From Negativicutes bacterium (GTDB taxonomy: Bacteria; Bacillota; Negativicutes; UBA1444), in NCBI GenBank assembly GCA_963665275.2, contig CAXXIN010000016.1, positions 128,001 to 192,000 of the forward strand: a stretch of 64,000 nt of DNA. Direction: 5' to 3'. Under the pieces are notes generated by a model. The model was not told the DNA's origin. It was given only the letters and a program-made list of their open reading frames with translations, and made no database searches. Positions 1-10,544 of this stretch are shown here, piece after piece (the first letter of the stretch is position 1; the number at the start of each line of letters is the position of its first letter). A program made the translations under genes and the position numbers.

Positions 1-909
1 CTTCGCATGATTGCGGGGTTTGAGAAAGCAACCGAAGGTGAAATTTCGATTGGCGACCAGATCGTGAGCCAGGCAGGAAGCGGTATATTTGTACCGCCAG
101 AAAAACGGCATATCGGAATGGTGTTCCAATCTTACGCGGTATGGCCGCACATGAACGTATTTGACAATGTGGCATACCCCCTGAAAATCCAAAAAGTTCC
201 GGCAGAGAAGCTGAAAGAGCGTACCCTTAAGGCGCTGGAACTAGTGCACCTAGAGGAATATGCGGCGCGCTTTCCGAACCAACTATCCGGCGGACAGCAA
301 CAGCGTGTGGCGTTGGCACGGGCGCTCGTCGCAGAGCCGGGTTTGCTGCTGCTGGATGAACCGCTATCGAATCTGGACGCCAAACTGCGTGAAAGTATGC
401 GGTTTGAAATTAAAGAACTTCAGAAGAAACTGGGCATCACCGTCATCTATGTAACTCACGACCAGGCAGAGGCGATGGCGATGTCAGATCGAATCATCGT
501 AATGTACAAGGGTGTCATCCAGCAGGTAGATGTACCCATGCGTATTTACGAACATCCTGCTAATCCAACCGTGGCAGACTTTATCGGGCTGGTCAATTTC
601 CTGGAAGGCGATGCGGAACCCGGGTTTGTTCATTTTAAGACACTGGACTGCTCCTTGCCTGCTGATGTTTCATTCACCGGTCCGGCTCGTGTGGCTGTCC
701 GACCGGAGCATATCACAATGTCGAAAACCCAGGGCGCATTGCGCGGGAAATTACTGCACAAAATATATCTAGGAGACTCGACCGATTGGCGGGTAGCGGT
801 CGGAGAAAACGTACTGCGGGTCATTGACCGGGGTTCGAGTTTCGTCGAATATGCTGCCGGTGATGATGTTTTGCTGAGCTTCGATCATGTGATGATTTTT
901 CCCAAATGA
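1..909 (+). CDS. ABC transporter ATP-binding subunit (PotA/FbpC/UgpC family), 5'-truncated by window edge
   Basis: Q-loop VFQSYA, signature LSGGQQQRVALARA, Walker B LLLLDEP, H-loop VTHD and C-terminal TOBE-like region; Walker A lies upstream of the window. Confidence 0.9.
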   Translation, partial: LRMIAGFEKATEGEISIGDQIVSQAGSGIFVPPEKRHIGMVFQSYAVWPHMNVFDNVAYPLKIQKVPAEKLKERTLKALELVHLEEYAARFPNQLSGGQQQRVALARALVAEPGLLLLDEPLSNLDAKLRESMRFEIKELQKKLGITVIYVTHDQAEAMAMSDRIIVMYKGVIQQVDVPMRIYEHPANPTVADFIGLVNFLEGDAEPGFVHFKTLDCSLPADVSFTGPARVAVRPEHITMSKTQGALRGKLLHKIYLGDSTDWRVAVGENVLRVIDRGSSFVEYAAGDDVLLSFDHVMIFPK

Positions 910-1715
910 GTGCATTAGCTGATATCCAACTGTTTCTTTTGGACATGGATGGGACTGTTTATTTGGGGAATCGGCTATTGCCCGGTTCCCTTGATTTTTT
1001 GAACTACCTCGGCGAGACCGGTCGCGATCATCTGTTTTTGACTAACAATTCTTCGCGCAATGCCGGCCACTATGCGCAAAAATTGACGAAACTCGGGTGG
1101 TCGGCCCAGCCGGGAGAAATTCTTACTTCCGGAGAGGCGACTGCACTTTATTTAGGTGGAGAAAAACCGGCTTCCCGTATCTATCTTTTGGGAACTCCCG
1201 ATTTAGAGGCGGAGTTCGCTTCGCACGGATTTGTGCTGACAGATGAAAACCCGGACTATGTTGTTTTGGGGTTTGACATGACTTTGACCTATGCAAAGCT
1301 GGTGCGCGCCTGCGATTTGATCCGGGCCGGCGTACCGTTTGTTGCGACTCACCCGGATATTAACTGCCCGACAGAGACCGGCTATATACCGGATTGTGGC
1401 GCGATGACCGCACTCATTACCGCTTCGACCGGTGTGGCGCCGAAAGTAATCGGCAAACCAAACAGGGAAATTATCGATGCAATGTTTCGCAAAAAGCCAG
1501 TGCGACGTGAACAAGTTGCCATGGTCGGTGATCGGCTTTACACGGATATTGTCATGGGACATAATGCCGGAGTAACATCCGTGTTGGTTCTATCTGGGGA
1601 AGCGAAGGAAACGGATATTGCTTCGGCGCCAGCAAAACCTGATTATGTTGTAGCAGGGCTGGGAGAACTGCATGCCGCTCTGAAAAAGGCTGATGCATCG
1701 ATGCATAAGTATTGA
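906..1715 (+). CDS. HAD-superfamily IIA hydrolase (NagD-like sugar/nucleotide phosphatase)
   Basis: Motifs DMDGT, LTNNS, GKP, VGDRLYTDI; ATGA overlap with upstream gene. Confidence 0.9.
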   Translation: MSALADIQLFLLDMDGTVYLGNRLLPGSLDFLNYLGETGRDHLFLTNNSSRNAGHYAQKLTKLGWSAQPGEILTSGEATALYLGGEKPASRIYLLGTPDLEAEFASHGFVLTDENPDYVVLGFDMTLTYAKLVRACDLIRAGVPFVATHPDINCPTETGYIPDCGAMTALITASTGVAPKVIGKPNREIIDAMFRKKPVRREQVAMVGDRLYTDIVMGHNAGVTSVLVLSGEAKETDIASAPAKPDYVVAGLGELHAALKKADASMHKY

Positions 1716-1767
1716 ATGGCACGGGTTCTCTTTTTCCAGGGATGGTGCGGGAAACATACGGTCCAAC

Positions 1768-1807
1768 AATAAACGCTCTGCGTCAGTATGACAGCAGAGC
1801 GTTTATT
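1768..1807. terminator. Bidirectional intrinsic terminator between convergent operons
   Basis: AATAAACGCTCTGC...GCAGAGCGTTTATT inverted repeat. Confidence 0.8.
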
Positions 1808-1847
1808 ATATTCCAACATTTAAGCATTATCCAGGTCAGTTAATGTA

Positions 1848-3125
1848 CTACTGCAAGAATTTTGGCAGCCAGGTAGCCAGCTCGGGGATCCAGGCTACAA
1901 CAGCGATGGTGAGAATCATCAGGAGCCCGAAAGGTAATACACCTTTGATAATTTCTGACATGCGTGTCCCCGGCGAAATTCCCTGTATGACGAACAGGTT
2001 CATGCCGACCGGCGGCGTAATCAGAGCCAGCTCCATGTTGATGACCATGATGACGGCAAACCAGATGGGATCAAATCCGAGTTTGAGAATCAGCGGATAC
2101 AGGATAGGAACGGTGATCAGGATAATCGAAACGGTTTCCAGAATGCAGCCGAGGAACAGCAACAGAATGTTGATGGCTACGAAAACGATCCAGCGGTTGA
2201 CCTCCATGGCGGTAACCAGCTCCGTCAGCTGTTGGGGAATTTGCATAACAGTCAGAACAAAACCGTACAACATAGCACCGATTATGATCGCCAATACCAT
2301 GGCGCTGGTTTTGGTTGTGTCGAGCATGATACCGGGCATATCACGCAGAGAAAGGGTTTTGTAAACGAAGAAGGTTATGAATAGGCTGTAGACAGTCCCG
2401 ACCGCCGCCGCTTCGGTGGGGGTGAACAACCCAGTGTAGATGCCGCCAATGATGAGGACCGGCAGAAACAGGCCCCAGGAAGAGTGACGGAGAACCGCAA
2501 ATCGCTCGTTCCAGCTAGCCGGTGGTTGAGCAGGAACTTTTTTGGCGGCAAACAGCACGACATAGAGGATGAAAAGGGCAGTAAGCAATATGCCCGGCAA
2601 TACACCGGCGATGAACAGAGCGCCTACCGATTCCCCTGTAATGGCGCCAAATAGGATCATCGGAATACTTGGAGGAATCAGGATGCCAAGAGTGCCGCCG
2701 CCGGCTACCAGGCCCAATACCAACTCCTTCGGGTAACCGCGGGAAATCATTTCGGGAATGGCGACCATGCCGATGGTGACTGCAGTGGCGACGCTGGACC
2801 CCGAAATAGCTGCAAAAGCAGCGCAAGCCAAAATGGTGGCGACGCCGAGCCCGGCCGGCAAGTGGCGGACCCATTTGCTGGCGACATCGTACAGGTCATT
2901 GCCGACTTTGCCGGCGAGGAGGATCTGACTGAGCAGAATATACAGTGGAATGGAAGACAGGACGAAATCATCCAGTGATTTGTAGGCGATGATCGGGGCC
3001 TGAGCCAGGGACTGAGAGCCCATCATCAGCCAGAAACCGACCATACTGGTGATGCCGAGGCTGAATGCTACAGGGAGTCCGATCAGTAGCAGAATAACTA
3101 ATGAGCCGACAAAGGTGGTAATCAT
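1848..3125 (-). CDS. dctM: TRAP transporter large permease DctM
   Basis: ~12 TM helices; motifs AAISGSSVATA, GILIPPSI, FTPTEAAA, ITPPVGMNLFV. Confidence 0.93.
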   Translation of the reverse strand: MITTFVGSLVILLLIGLPVAFSLGITSMVGFWLMMGSQSLAQAPIIAYKSLDDFVLSSIPLYILLSQILLAGKVGNDLYDVASKWVRHLPAGLGVATILACAAFAAISGSSVATAVTIGMVAIPEMISRGYPKELVLGLVAGGGTLGILIPPSIPMILFGAITGESVGALFIAGVLPGILLTALFILYVVLFAAKKVPAQPPASWNERFAVLRHSSWGLFLPVLIIGGIYTGLFTPTEAAAVGTVYSLFITFFVYKTLSLRDMPGIMLDTTKTSAMVLAIIIGAMLYGFVLTVMQIPQQLTELVTAMEVNRWIVFVAINILLLFLGCILETVSIILITVPILYPLILKLGFDPIWFAVIMVINMELALITPPVGMNLFVIQGISPGTRMSEIIKGVLPFGLLMILTIAVVAWIPELATWLPKFLQ

Positions 3126-3637
3126 TGGTGCCCCTCCTTTTCCTGGACTGTGCTGTCAGGATCGATCAAATTAGCCAGGAATTGGAGGGTCAGGATGGCA
3201 AAGCCTATCGGAAGGGAAGCTTGTGGGATATAGAGCGGAATGCGGAGTGTACTGGTTGAGAGCATATTCAACTGATACGAATTCAAGGCCATCTCGGCGC
3301 TGGTTACCAGAAAGACCAGGCTGAAAACCATCCCCAAGATGGAAATGATGATTCCGAGAACCTTGTTGGTCTGTTTGGAAAGCTTACTGGTCACGAGATC
3401 CACACAGATATGCTTTCCGGCAGCAAGGGCAGGGGAAAGTCCAAGAAAAGCACTGATTAATATAAGATAGACGGAGACCTCGTTGACCCATTCTGTAGGA
3501 GCGTCAAACAATGCGCGCAAAACAACCTCATACGTAACGAAAAAGGCGGTCGCGAGGATGCAAATCCCCGCGATAAAACCGCCGATACGGTTGGCTATCG
3601 CAGCCAACCGGAATATGGCGTTTCGAATCAAAATCAC
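3122..3637 (-). CDS. dctQ: TRAP transporter small permease DctQ
   Basis: 4 TM helices, W-x-x-E and HI-x-VD motifs, located between dctP and dctM. Confidence 0.9.
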   Translation of the reverse strand: MILIRNAIFRLAAIANRIGGFIAGICILATAFFVTYEVVLRALFDAPTEWVNEVSVYLILISAFLGLSPALAAGKHICVDLVTSKLSKQTNKVLGIIISILGMVFSLVFLVTSAEMALNSYQLNMLSTSTLRIPLYIPQASLPIGFAILTLQFLANLIDPDSTVQEKEGHQ

Positions 3638-3640
3638 CGC

Positions 3641-4684
3641 CTACTTCAAATTTTTACAGAAGTCCACCATTTTTTGCCCGACTTCCCCGGTTCGTTTGAT
3701 GAAAAGAGCCTGGACCGACTCGGTGGCTTTTTGCCAGGCGGCGATTTCCGAATCAGGAATGGTATGTACCTGCATGCCTTTTTCTTTTAACAGGGTAAGG
3801 GCTTTGTCCTCTTCATTTTTAACTTCCGATCTAATTGCAGTCTGAACTTCTTTGGCCGATTCCTCAAGAATTTTCTTTTGATCGGCTGAAAGACTGTTCC
3901 AGAACTTGAGGTTGATGGAGGTAACGAATTCGGGGAACGCATGATTGGTCATTGTAAGATATTTGGTTACTTCATACATTTTTCGGTCATACATGGCGGT
4001 TGTGCCTGAGGTCTGGCCGTCGATGGTACCGCGTTGAAGCGCCATGTAGACTTCACCAGCGCCCATGGTTACAGGAGCTGCTCCCAGTGCTTTGATAGTT
4101 TCCGACGGCAGCTCACCGTAGCCGCGCAACTTTAATCCTTTAAAATCTTCAGGCTTTGTGAGAGGGCGCTTACTATTACCGAACTGAACAAAGCCATAGT
4201 CTACCCAGATCAGGGGCTTGACTCCCTTCTTTTCCATTTCAGCCCCGAGCTGTGCCCCAACACCGCCGTCGAGAGCCTGGGCGACTTTGGCATAGCTGGG
4301 GAACAGGAACGGTACGTCGAAAATTTCCATGACAGGGATGATCGATGCCCACATGGCGGTGGAGTTCAGACCAATTTCGATACCGCCGGCCATTAAAGCA
4401 TCGTTCATGCTTTTATCGTTGTACAGCTGGCCTGAAGGATAAATTTGCACAGTCATGGCGCCTTTGGATTTTTCACTTACTTTCTTTGCGAATGAATCCA
4501 TTCCACGGGCCATGTGATTCGTAATAGGCAGGTTGTGTGCGAGTTTGATGGTTATTTTATCCGCAGCTTTTGCCGGAGTCGGAGAAGTTGGCTGTGAAGA
4601 GCCGCCGCAACCTATCGCGACAACCGTGAATACGGCCAGGGCGAGAAGTGCGATTAGACGAAGGGTGAAATAGCCTTTTTTCAT
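3641..4684 (-). CDS. dctP: TRAP substrate-binding lipoprotein DctP
   Basis: Lipobox AIGC; motifs IYPSGQL, PEDFKGLKLR, EVYMALQRGTIDG. Confidence 0.92.
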   Translation of the reverse strand: MKKGYFTLRLIALLALAVFTVVAIGCGGSSQPTSPTPAKAADKITIKLAHNLPITNHMARGMDSFAKKVSEKSKGAMTVQIYPSGQLYNDKSMNDALMAGGIEIGLNSTAMWASIIPVMEIFDVPFLFPSYAKVAQALDGGVGAQLGAEMEKKGVKPLIWVDYGFVQFGNSKRPLTKPEDFKGLKLRGYGELPSETIKALGAAPVTMGAGEVYMALQRGTIDGQTSGTTAMYDRKMYEVTKYLTMTNHAFPEFVTSINLKFWNSLSADQKKILEESAKEVQTAIRSEVKNEEDKALTLLKEKGMQVHTIPDSEIAAWQKATESVQALFIKRTGEVGQKMVDFCKNLK

Positions 4685-4697
4685 GGGATGAACCTCC

Positions 4698-5585
4698 TCA
4701 TTCTTTATTGCAGTATTGTTTTTCTAATGCGGCATATTCCGGCAAGCCGACCAGGTCGTTGAATTGCTGGAAGCTGTGCATTTTGGCTGCTACACCGGCA
4801 GTGGTTCCCGTATTGTTCAATTCAGCAAAAACTTCTTCCAAAGATTTAAAGACTGTATATAGTGCAGTGCAAGGCCAAAAAACAATTCGGAATCCAATTT
4901 CTTGCAATTGAGCAGCATTCAAAATCGGCGTTTTTCCACCTTCCAACATATTGGCAAGCAGTATTTTGCCGGGGAAGGCTTGGGCGATAGCTCGCAGTTC
5001 TGCTTCATCCTGCGGCGCTTCAATGAACAGTGCGTCAGCGCCTGCGTCGAAATACGCATGACCTCGTTTGATTGCTTCCGGCATATCATAGACTGCCCGG
5101 GAATCAGTGCGGGCAATGATGAGTGTATCTGGATTGGTGCGGGCTTCAACGGCAGCGCGAATTTTCGCAGCATGTTCCTCGGTTGGGATCACTTCTTTTC
5201 CCTGCATATGACCGCATCGTTTTGGCCAGACCTGGTCTTCAAAGAGCATGGCTGCAGCCCCGGCGCGTTCATATTCCACCACTGTGCGACGAACGCTGAG
5301 CGCGTTGCCGTAACCGGTGTCTCCGTCGGCGACGATAGGCAGGTCGACGGCGTCACAGATGTTTTTCAACGCCTGCGTCATTTCCGTCATGGTCAGGTAT
5401 CCCACATCCGGTTGACCCAGGCGGGAAGCGGCGATGCTATACCCGCCCATGACTAGGCATTTGAAACCGACTTTGGCGGCTATTTTCGCGGTCAGGGCAT
5501 CATAGACGCCAGGAAGGGTGAGAAATTCTGAACCGGCTAATAAACGGCGCAATACGCCTGCTTGTGGATTATGAATAACAATCAC
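4698..5585 (-). CDS. Isocitrate lyase/PEP mutase family lyase (PrpB / 2,3-dimethylmalate lyase-like)
   Basis: PGVYDALTA, ADGDTGYG, EDQVWPKRCGH, IIARTD; GTG start overlaps the leuB stop (GTGA). Confidence 0.85.
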   Translation of the reverse strand: MIVIHNPQAGVLRRLLAGSEFLTLPGVYDALTAKIAAKVGFKCLVMGGYSIAASRLGQPDVGYLTMTEMTQALKNICDAVDLPIVADGDTGYGNALSVRRTVVEYERAGAAAMLFEDQVWPKRCGHMQGKEVIPTEEHAAKIRAAVEARTNPDTLIIARTDSRAVYDMPEAIKRGHAYFDAGADALFIEAPQDEAELRAIAQAFPGKILLANMLEGGKTPILNAAQLQEIGFRIVFWPCTALYTVFKSLEEVFAELNNTGTTAGVAAKMHSFQQFNDLVGLPEYAALEKQYCNKE

Positions 5586-6670
5586 GCTCCCTTGAGAATT
5601 TCTAGTTCAACATAACGTCCCATTTCAGTAGTGGAGGCGCGTGTCAGGCCTTCTTGCATCATGTCGGCTGTACGGTATCCTGCCGATAACACTTTTTCCA
5701 CGGCAGCTTCAACCATTCGGGCTGCAGGCTCATTGGCAAGAGAATGTCGGAACATCAGGGCAACAGAGAGGATTGTGCCAAGCGGGTTGGCGATTCCTTT
5801 GCCTGTAATATCCGGCGCGGAGCCGTGGATCGGCTCGTAAAGGCCTGTACCTGCCCCGAGACTGGCAGAAGGCAGCATGCCGATGGAACCGGTGATGACG
5901 GCCGCTTCGTCGGTCAGGATGTCGCCGAACAGGTTGCCTGTAACAACAACGTCGAGGGCTTTGGGGGCCATGACCAACTGCATCGCGCAGTTGTCGACAT
6001 ACATGTGATCAAGTTGGACTGTAGGATATTCTTTTGCGATGCTGTTTGCGGTCCGACGCCACAAGCGGGACGAAGCCAGAACATTTGCTTTGTCGACGGA
6101 GGTGACTTTGCCGCTACGACCTTGTGCGGCCTGGAAGGCCATGCGTACGATACGGTCCACTTCCGGCACGCTATAAAGTTCGGTATCCCAGGCTTGCTCC
6201 ACCCCGTTCACCTGTTCCGATTCGCAGCGGGTTCCATAGTAGATGCCACCATTGAGTTCCCGCAGGATGAGGATGTCGACGCCGGTGACCCGCTCCGGTT
6301 TCAATGGGGAATAGGGCGCCATCGCGGCAGTGACTTTGACCGGACGCATATTGGCGAACAGGCCCAACGTTTTTCGCAGGCCGAGAATGGCTTTTTCCGG
6401 CCTGATTTCCGGCGCAACATTATCCCATTTCGGACCGCCGACGGCGCCCAGCAGTACCGCGTCGGCACTACGTGCGGCAGCGATGGTCTCTTCCGGCAAG
6501 GGGAGCCCGTGCGCATCGATGGCGGCGCCGCCGGCCAGATGGGTTGAGCAGATGCATTTCATGCCGGTAAGCGAAGCGGCTGCATGCATTACTGCAATTG
6601 CGGCAGTTGTGACTTCCGGTCCGATCCCGTCGCCGGGGATCACCGTGATTTTCTTCTCAATTATGTTCAT
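5582..6670 (-). CDS. leuB: 3-isopropylmalate dehydrogenase
   Basis: [35 protein letters not shown]. Confidence 0.96.
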   Translation of the reverse strand: MNIIEKKITVIPGDGIGPEVTTAAIAVMHAAASLTGMKCICSTHLAGGAAIDAHGLPLPEETIAAARSADAVLLGAVGGPKWDNVAPEIRPEKAILGLRKTLGLFANMRPVKVTAAMAPYSPLKPERVTGVDILILRELNGGIYYGTRCESEQVNGVEQAWDTELYSVPEVDRIVRMAFQAAQGRSGKVTSVDKANVLASSRLWRRTANSIAKEYPTVQLDHMYVDNCAMQLVMAPKALDVVVTGNLFGDILTDEAAVITGSIGMLPSASLGAGTGLYEPIHGSAPDITGKGIANPLGTILSVALMFRHSLANEPAARMVEAAVEKVLSAGYRTADMMQEGLTRASTTEMGRYVELEILKGA

Positions 6671-7158
6671 TGCGCCGATCCTTTCACATAGTTGATCAAG
6701 CCACCGGCACGGGCGATATCCTGGATGAACCCAGGTAACGGCTGGCCCTGAATTTTTTCGCCTGTTGTGGTATTCACGATTTCGCCGGTTTCCAGATCGA
6801 CCGACAGAGTATCGCCGGCTTTGATCTTCGCTACATCTTCGCCGACCTCCAGCAACGGTAAGCCGATATTGATCGCGTTGCGATAGAAGATGCGGGCGAA
6901 ATTGGCGGCTATGACGCAGGTGATGCCGCTGGCCTTAATGGCGACTGGCGCATGCTCACGGGAAGACCCGCACCCGAAGTTGTTGTCGGCGACCATGATG
7001 TCGCCTTCCTTCACGCCGGTAACGAAAGTTTTGTCGATGTCTTCCATACAGTGTTTGGCAAGTTCCTGGGGGTTGGATGTGTTCAGATAGCGCGCCGGAA
7101 TGATGACGTCAGTATCGATATTGTCACCATAGCGCCAGACTTTCCCGGTTAATTTCAT
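6667..7158 (-). CDS. leuD: 3-isopropylmalate dehydratase small subunit (short type)
   Basis: [34 protein letters not shown]. Confidence 0.93.
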   Translation of the reverse strand: MKLTGKVWRYGDNIDTDVIIPARYLNTSNPQELAKHCMEDIDKTFVTGVKEGDIMVADNNFGCGSSREHAPVAIKASGITCVIAANFARIFYRNAINIGLPLLEVGEDVAKIKAGDTLSVDLETGEIVNTTTGEKIQGQPLPGFIQDIARAGGLINYVKGSAQ

Positions 7159-8417
7159 GCGAGCACCTCCTTCGGTTCGGCAATGCGGCCCATGACCGCA
7201 CTGGCGGCTGCGACTGCCGGGCTGGCCAGATATACTTCGCTGTCAACATGTCCCATGCGGCCGCGGAAATTGCGATTGGTGGTGGAAACACAACGTTCAC
7301 CGGCGGCCAGAATTCCCATGTACCCTCCCAGGCAAGGCCCGCAGGTCGGTGTGCTGACAACGGCGCCTGCTTCAATGAACTGGGCAATGTAGCCGCGTTT
7401 CATAGCTTCCATATATACTTCCTGCGTGCCGGGAATAATAATGGCCCGGATATTTGGATGGATTTTGCGGCCGGCAATGATTTTCGCGGCCTGTTCCAGA
7501 TCATCGATGCGGCCATTGGTGCAGGATCCGATGACTACTTGGTCGATAATTATTTCAGGCAGTTCCGCAACCGGCTTTACATTTTCCGGCAGATGCGGTA
7601 ATGCGACGACCGGACGGAGAGCAGAGAGATCGATTTGGATTTCGCGCGCATACACCGCATCCGGATCGGAAGTATAAACTTGATATGGATGAGTTGTGCG
7701 TGCCCTCAGATACTCGACGGTTTTTTCATCTACAGGGAAAATTCCGTTTTTACCGCCGGCTTCAATGGCCATATTGGAAATGGTGAACCTGTCGGCCATC
7801 GACAGATTGGCAACGCCGGGACCGCTGAACTCGAGAGCCTGGTAACGGGCGCCGTCGACACCGATGCGACCGATGAGCGTCAGAATGACATCCTTGCCGC
7901 TCACCCATTCCGGCAGCGTGCCAAAGAGCTCGACTTTAATCGTCGAAGGAACCTTGAACCAGGTATCGCCGGTAGCCATTGCCGCGCCGAGATCTGTTCC
8001 GCCAACACCGGTCGCGAAAGCGCCGATCGCGCCGTAGGTGCAAGTGTGTGAGTCGGCTCCGATGATGACTTCGCCAGGACGGACCCAGCCCATTTCCGGC
8101 AACAGAACATGCTCGATGCCCATGCGGCCAACTTCAACATAATGGCTGATTTTATGCTTGCGGGCGAAATCGCGCATGACTTTGGCCTGTTCAGCAGATT
8201 TGATGTCTTTGTTCGGGATGAAGTGGTCTGGAATCAGAGCTATTTTGTCCGGATCGAACACCGCTCGCCCGATCTTGTCGAATTCAGGAATGGCCTGCGG
8301 CCCAGTGATGTCGTTTGCAAGCAAAAAATCGACCTTAGCGCGGATCAGTTGACCCGGCTCGACTTTTTCGCATCCGGCGTGCGCCGCCAGAATTTTTTCT
8401 GTCATCGTCATTCCCAT
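7155..8417 (-). CDS. leuC: 3-isopropylmalate dehydratase large subunit (420-aa homoaconitase/type-2 family)
   Basis: [36 protein letters not shown]. Confidence 0.93.
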   Translation of the reverse strand: MGMTMTEKILAAHAGCEKVEPGQLIRAKVDFLLANDITGPQAIPEFDKIGRAVFDPDKIALIPDHFIPNKDIKSAEQAKVMRDFARKHKISHYVEVGRMGIEHVLLPEMGWVRPGEVIIGADSHTCTYGAIGAFATGVGGTDLGAAMATGDTWFKVPSTIKVELFGTLPEWVSGKDVILTLIGRIGVDGARYQALEFSGPGVANLSMADRFTISNMAIEAGGKNGIFPVDEKTVEYLRARTTHPYQVYTSDPDAVYAREIQIDLSALRPVVALPHLPENVKPVAELPEIIIDQVVIGSCTNGRIDDLEQAAKIIAGRKIHPNIRAIIIPGTQEVYMEAMKRGYIAQFIEAGAVVSTPTCGPCLGGYMGILAAGERCVSTTNRNFRGRMGHVDSEVYLASPAVAAASAVMGRIAEPKEVLA

Positions 8418-8424
8418 ACTATTT

Positions 8425-9981
8425 TCATTCCTCCTGCTGCTGCGTTTTGGTTTCGGCAGGTCGCCCGCAGGCGGCCACCATTTTGTTGATTGCGTTCAGA
8501 TAAGCGCGGGCGCTGGCTTCCACTACGTCAGTGCTTAACCCGCGGCCGACGAAAACTTGATTTTCACACTCTACCCAGGCAGTTGCTTCGCCGAGTGCAT
8601 CCTGACCGGAAGTGACTGCTTTCAATTGATAGTCCTTCAAATTTACGGCAAATCCGACAGCCGCATCGATCGCGTTAAAAACGGCGTCCACAGGACCATC
8701 CCCGACTGCCGCCTGCGAAATGGGTGGCTTTCCATCGATGGTGGTAAGTTTGACAAGGGCCATGGCAGGTCCCTGCGATCCACTGGTGACATGATGCCCG
8801 CTGAGCTGATAATATTCGAAGACAGCGATGGGCTTGTGTCCCACCAACGCTTCGATGTCCCGGTCGAAGACGGTTTTCTTGCGATCAGCCAGTTCCTTGA
8901 AGCGAACGAACAGCTCGTTGATCGTTTCGGCTGACAACTCATGACCCAGGGAGACCAAGCGCTCTTCGAAAGCGTGTCGACCGGAATGTTTGCCGAGGAC
9001 CAGAGCGTTCCGTTGCATGCCGACACTTTCCGGACTCATGATTTCATAGGTCAGGGAATTACTGAGGATGCCGTGCTGATGAATGCCTGACTCGTGCGCG
9101 AAGGCGTTGTCGCCGATTATCGCTTTGTTGGGAGGCGGTGTGAAGCCGGTGAGGTTTTGCACAATGCGGGAGGTCCGATAAATTTGCCGGGTATCCAGTC
9201 CTATTTCCACGCCGAAGTGTTCCTTGCGGGTGGCGAGCGCCATCGCGATTTCTTCGAGCGCCGCATTGCCTGCTCGTTCTCCCAGTCCATTGATCGTGCA
9301 TTCAACTTGGTCTGCTCCTGCCATGACTGCGGCGATAGAATTGGCGGCAGCCATGCCGAGATCATCATGGCAATGTACACTGATGACGGCTTTTTCGATG
9401 TCCGGAGTATTTTGCCGCAAATACGTGATGAGGCGGGCGAATTCGTCAGGCATGGCATAGCCGACGGTGTCGGGGACATTAATGACGGTAGCTCCTTCAC
9501 GGATTGCAACACCTAAAATTTCTGCCAAAAACGCCCAGTCGCTGCGTGAAGCGTCTTCGGCTGAGAATTCGACATCCGGCGTGAGTGTTCGTGCATAACG
9601 GACGGCCGTGGCAGCCGCATCCAGGACTTGTGCCCGGGACATTTTCAACTTGTGTTCCAGATGAATGTCGCTAGTAGCGATGAAAGTGTGAATTCGTGGA
9701 CGTTCCGCCTTGCGAATCCCCTCCCATGCCAGGTCGATATCCTTTTTGTTGGCTCTGGCCAGGCCCGCGATGGCGGGTCCTTTCACTCTGGCTGCGACTG
9801 CCTGGACGGCGGCGAGATCGCCGGGAGAAGCGGCGGGGAAGCCGGCTTCGATTACGTCAACTTTTAGACGGGCTAGGGCTAGGCCGATCTCGACCTTCTC
9901 TTCAACGCCCAGGCAAATGCCGGGACTTTGTTCTCCATCGCGCAGGGTTGTGTCAAAAAACTGAATTCGCCGAGTTCCCAT
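8425..9981 (-). CDS. leuA: 2-isopropylmalate synthase (start moved to ATG 9981 after AAGGAGG RBS)
   Basis: [32 protein letters not shown] and C-terminal regulatory domain. Confidence 0.95.
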   Translation of the reverse strand: MGTRRIQFFDTTLRDGEQSPGICLGVEEKVEIGLALARLKVDVIEAGFPAASPGDLAAVQAVAARVKGPAIAGLARANKKDIDLAWEGIRKAERPRIHTFIATSDIHLEHKLKMSRAQVLDAAATAVRYARTLTPDVEFSAEDASRSDWAFLAEILGVAIREGATVINVPDTVGYAMPDEFARLITYLRQNTPDIEKAVISVHCHDDLGMAAANSIAAVMAGADQVECTINGLGERAGNAALEEIAMALATRKEHFGVEIGLDTRQIYRTSRIVQNLTGFTPPPNKAIIGDNAFAHESGIHQHGILSNSLTYEIMSPESVGMQRNALVLGKHSGRHAFEERLVSLGHELSAETINELFVRFKELADRKKTVFDRDIEALVGHKPIAVFEYYQLSGHHVTSGSQGPAMALVKLTTIDGKPPISQAAVGDGPVDAVFNAIDAAVGFAVNLKDYQLKAVTSGQDALGEATAWVECENQVFVGRGLSTDVVEASARAYLNAINKMVAACGRPAETKTQQQEE

Positions 9982-10009
9982 GCTGTGTTCCTCCTTATGT
10001 TTTAATATA

Positions 10010-10260
10010 GAAAATCCGCCCCTACCTGTCATATTACTGACAAGTAGGGGCGGATTGAATCGCGGTACCACCCTACATTATAACTTGGCCGGTTAACGCC
10101 CGGATACGCCGCATCCTACACATGTGTGCAACTAGCATTTGCGCATGTTTCGGATGAAGAGCTCATGGGTGAGTTTTCGCCCGGGGAGGGCACACCGGCT
10201 CGCAGCAACACCGGCTCTCTGAAGTGCCTGAATCCTAGGCTTTAGTCCCAATCATCGCTA
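10010..10260 (-). ncRNA. Leucine T-box riboswitch (leader of the leu operon)
   Basis: Minus strand: stem I with AGAGA and GCTG motifs, specifier CTC (Leu) at 10173-10171, T-box AGGGTGGTACCGCG (10074-10061), then terminator hairpin 10056-10013 with U-tract. Confidence 0.92.
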
Positions 10261-10306
10261 AAATTATTGGATATACCCTTGTGTCTTCTTTAAGGATTTT
10301 GTATAC

Positions 10307-10335
10307 ATTATCGCAGCGATTGCGGGCTAAGTCAA
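10307..10335 (-). promoter_or_regulatory. sigma-A promoter of the T-box/leu operon
   Basis: TTGACT-N17-GATAAT with TG extension on the minus strand. Confidence 0.7.
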
Positions 10336-10447
10336 GCATAAGTGTAAAATTGGCATAAGGCCATATGTCGGTCTTGTCTAATGCAATGAAAAACGATACT
10401 ATCGGGGCATGGTATCATAGAAGAATGAAAAAACGTTTGAGCGTTGA

Positions 10448-10473
10448 CAGGAATTTTATGTTTGATGGCAAAT
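10448..10473 (+). promoter_or_regulatory. sigma-H-like promoter of the FHA/kinase operon
   Basis: CAGGA-N12-ATGGCAAAT; the same motif lies upstream of the convergent kinase (22946-22971); resembles the B. subtilis sigH consensus AGGA-N17/18-GAAT. Confidence 0.55.
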
Positions 10474-10544
10474 TTAAACTAAGTACGGAAAATCCATGAT
10501 CTTATTAAACTTGAAGCTGGATGGTGTGGAGGGATTTTCAGACT

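Noticed and set aside
9982-10071. N-terminal extension of leuA given in the ORF track
   Set aside because: It falls within the T-box terminator; the RBS supports ATG 9981
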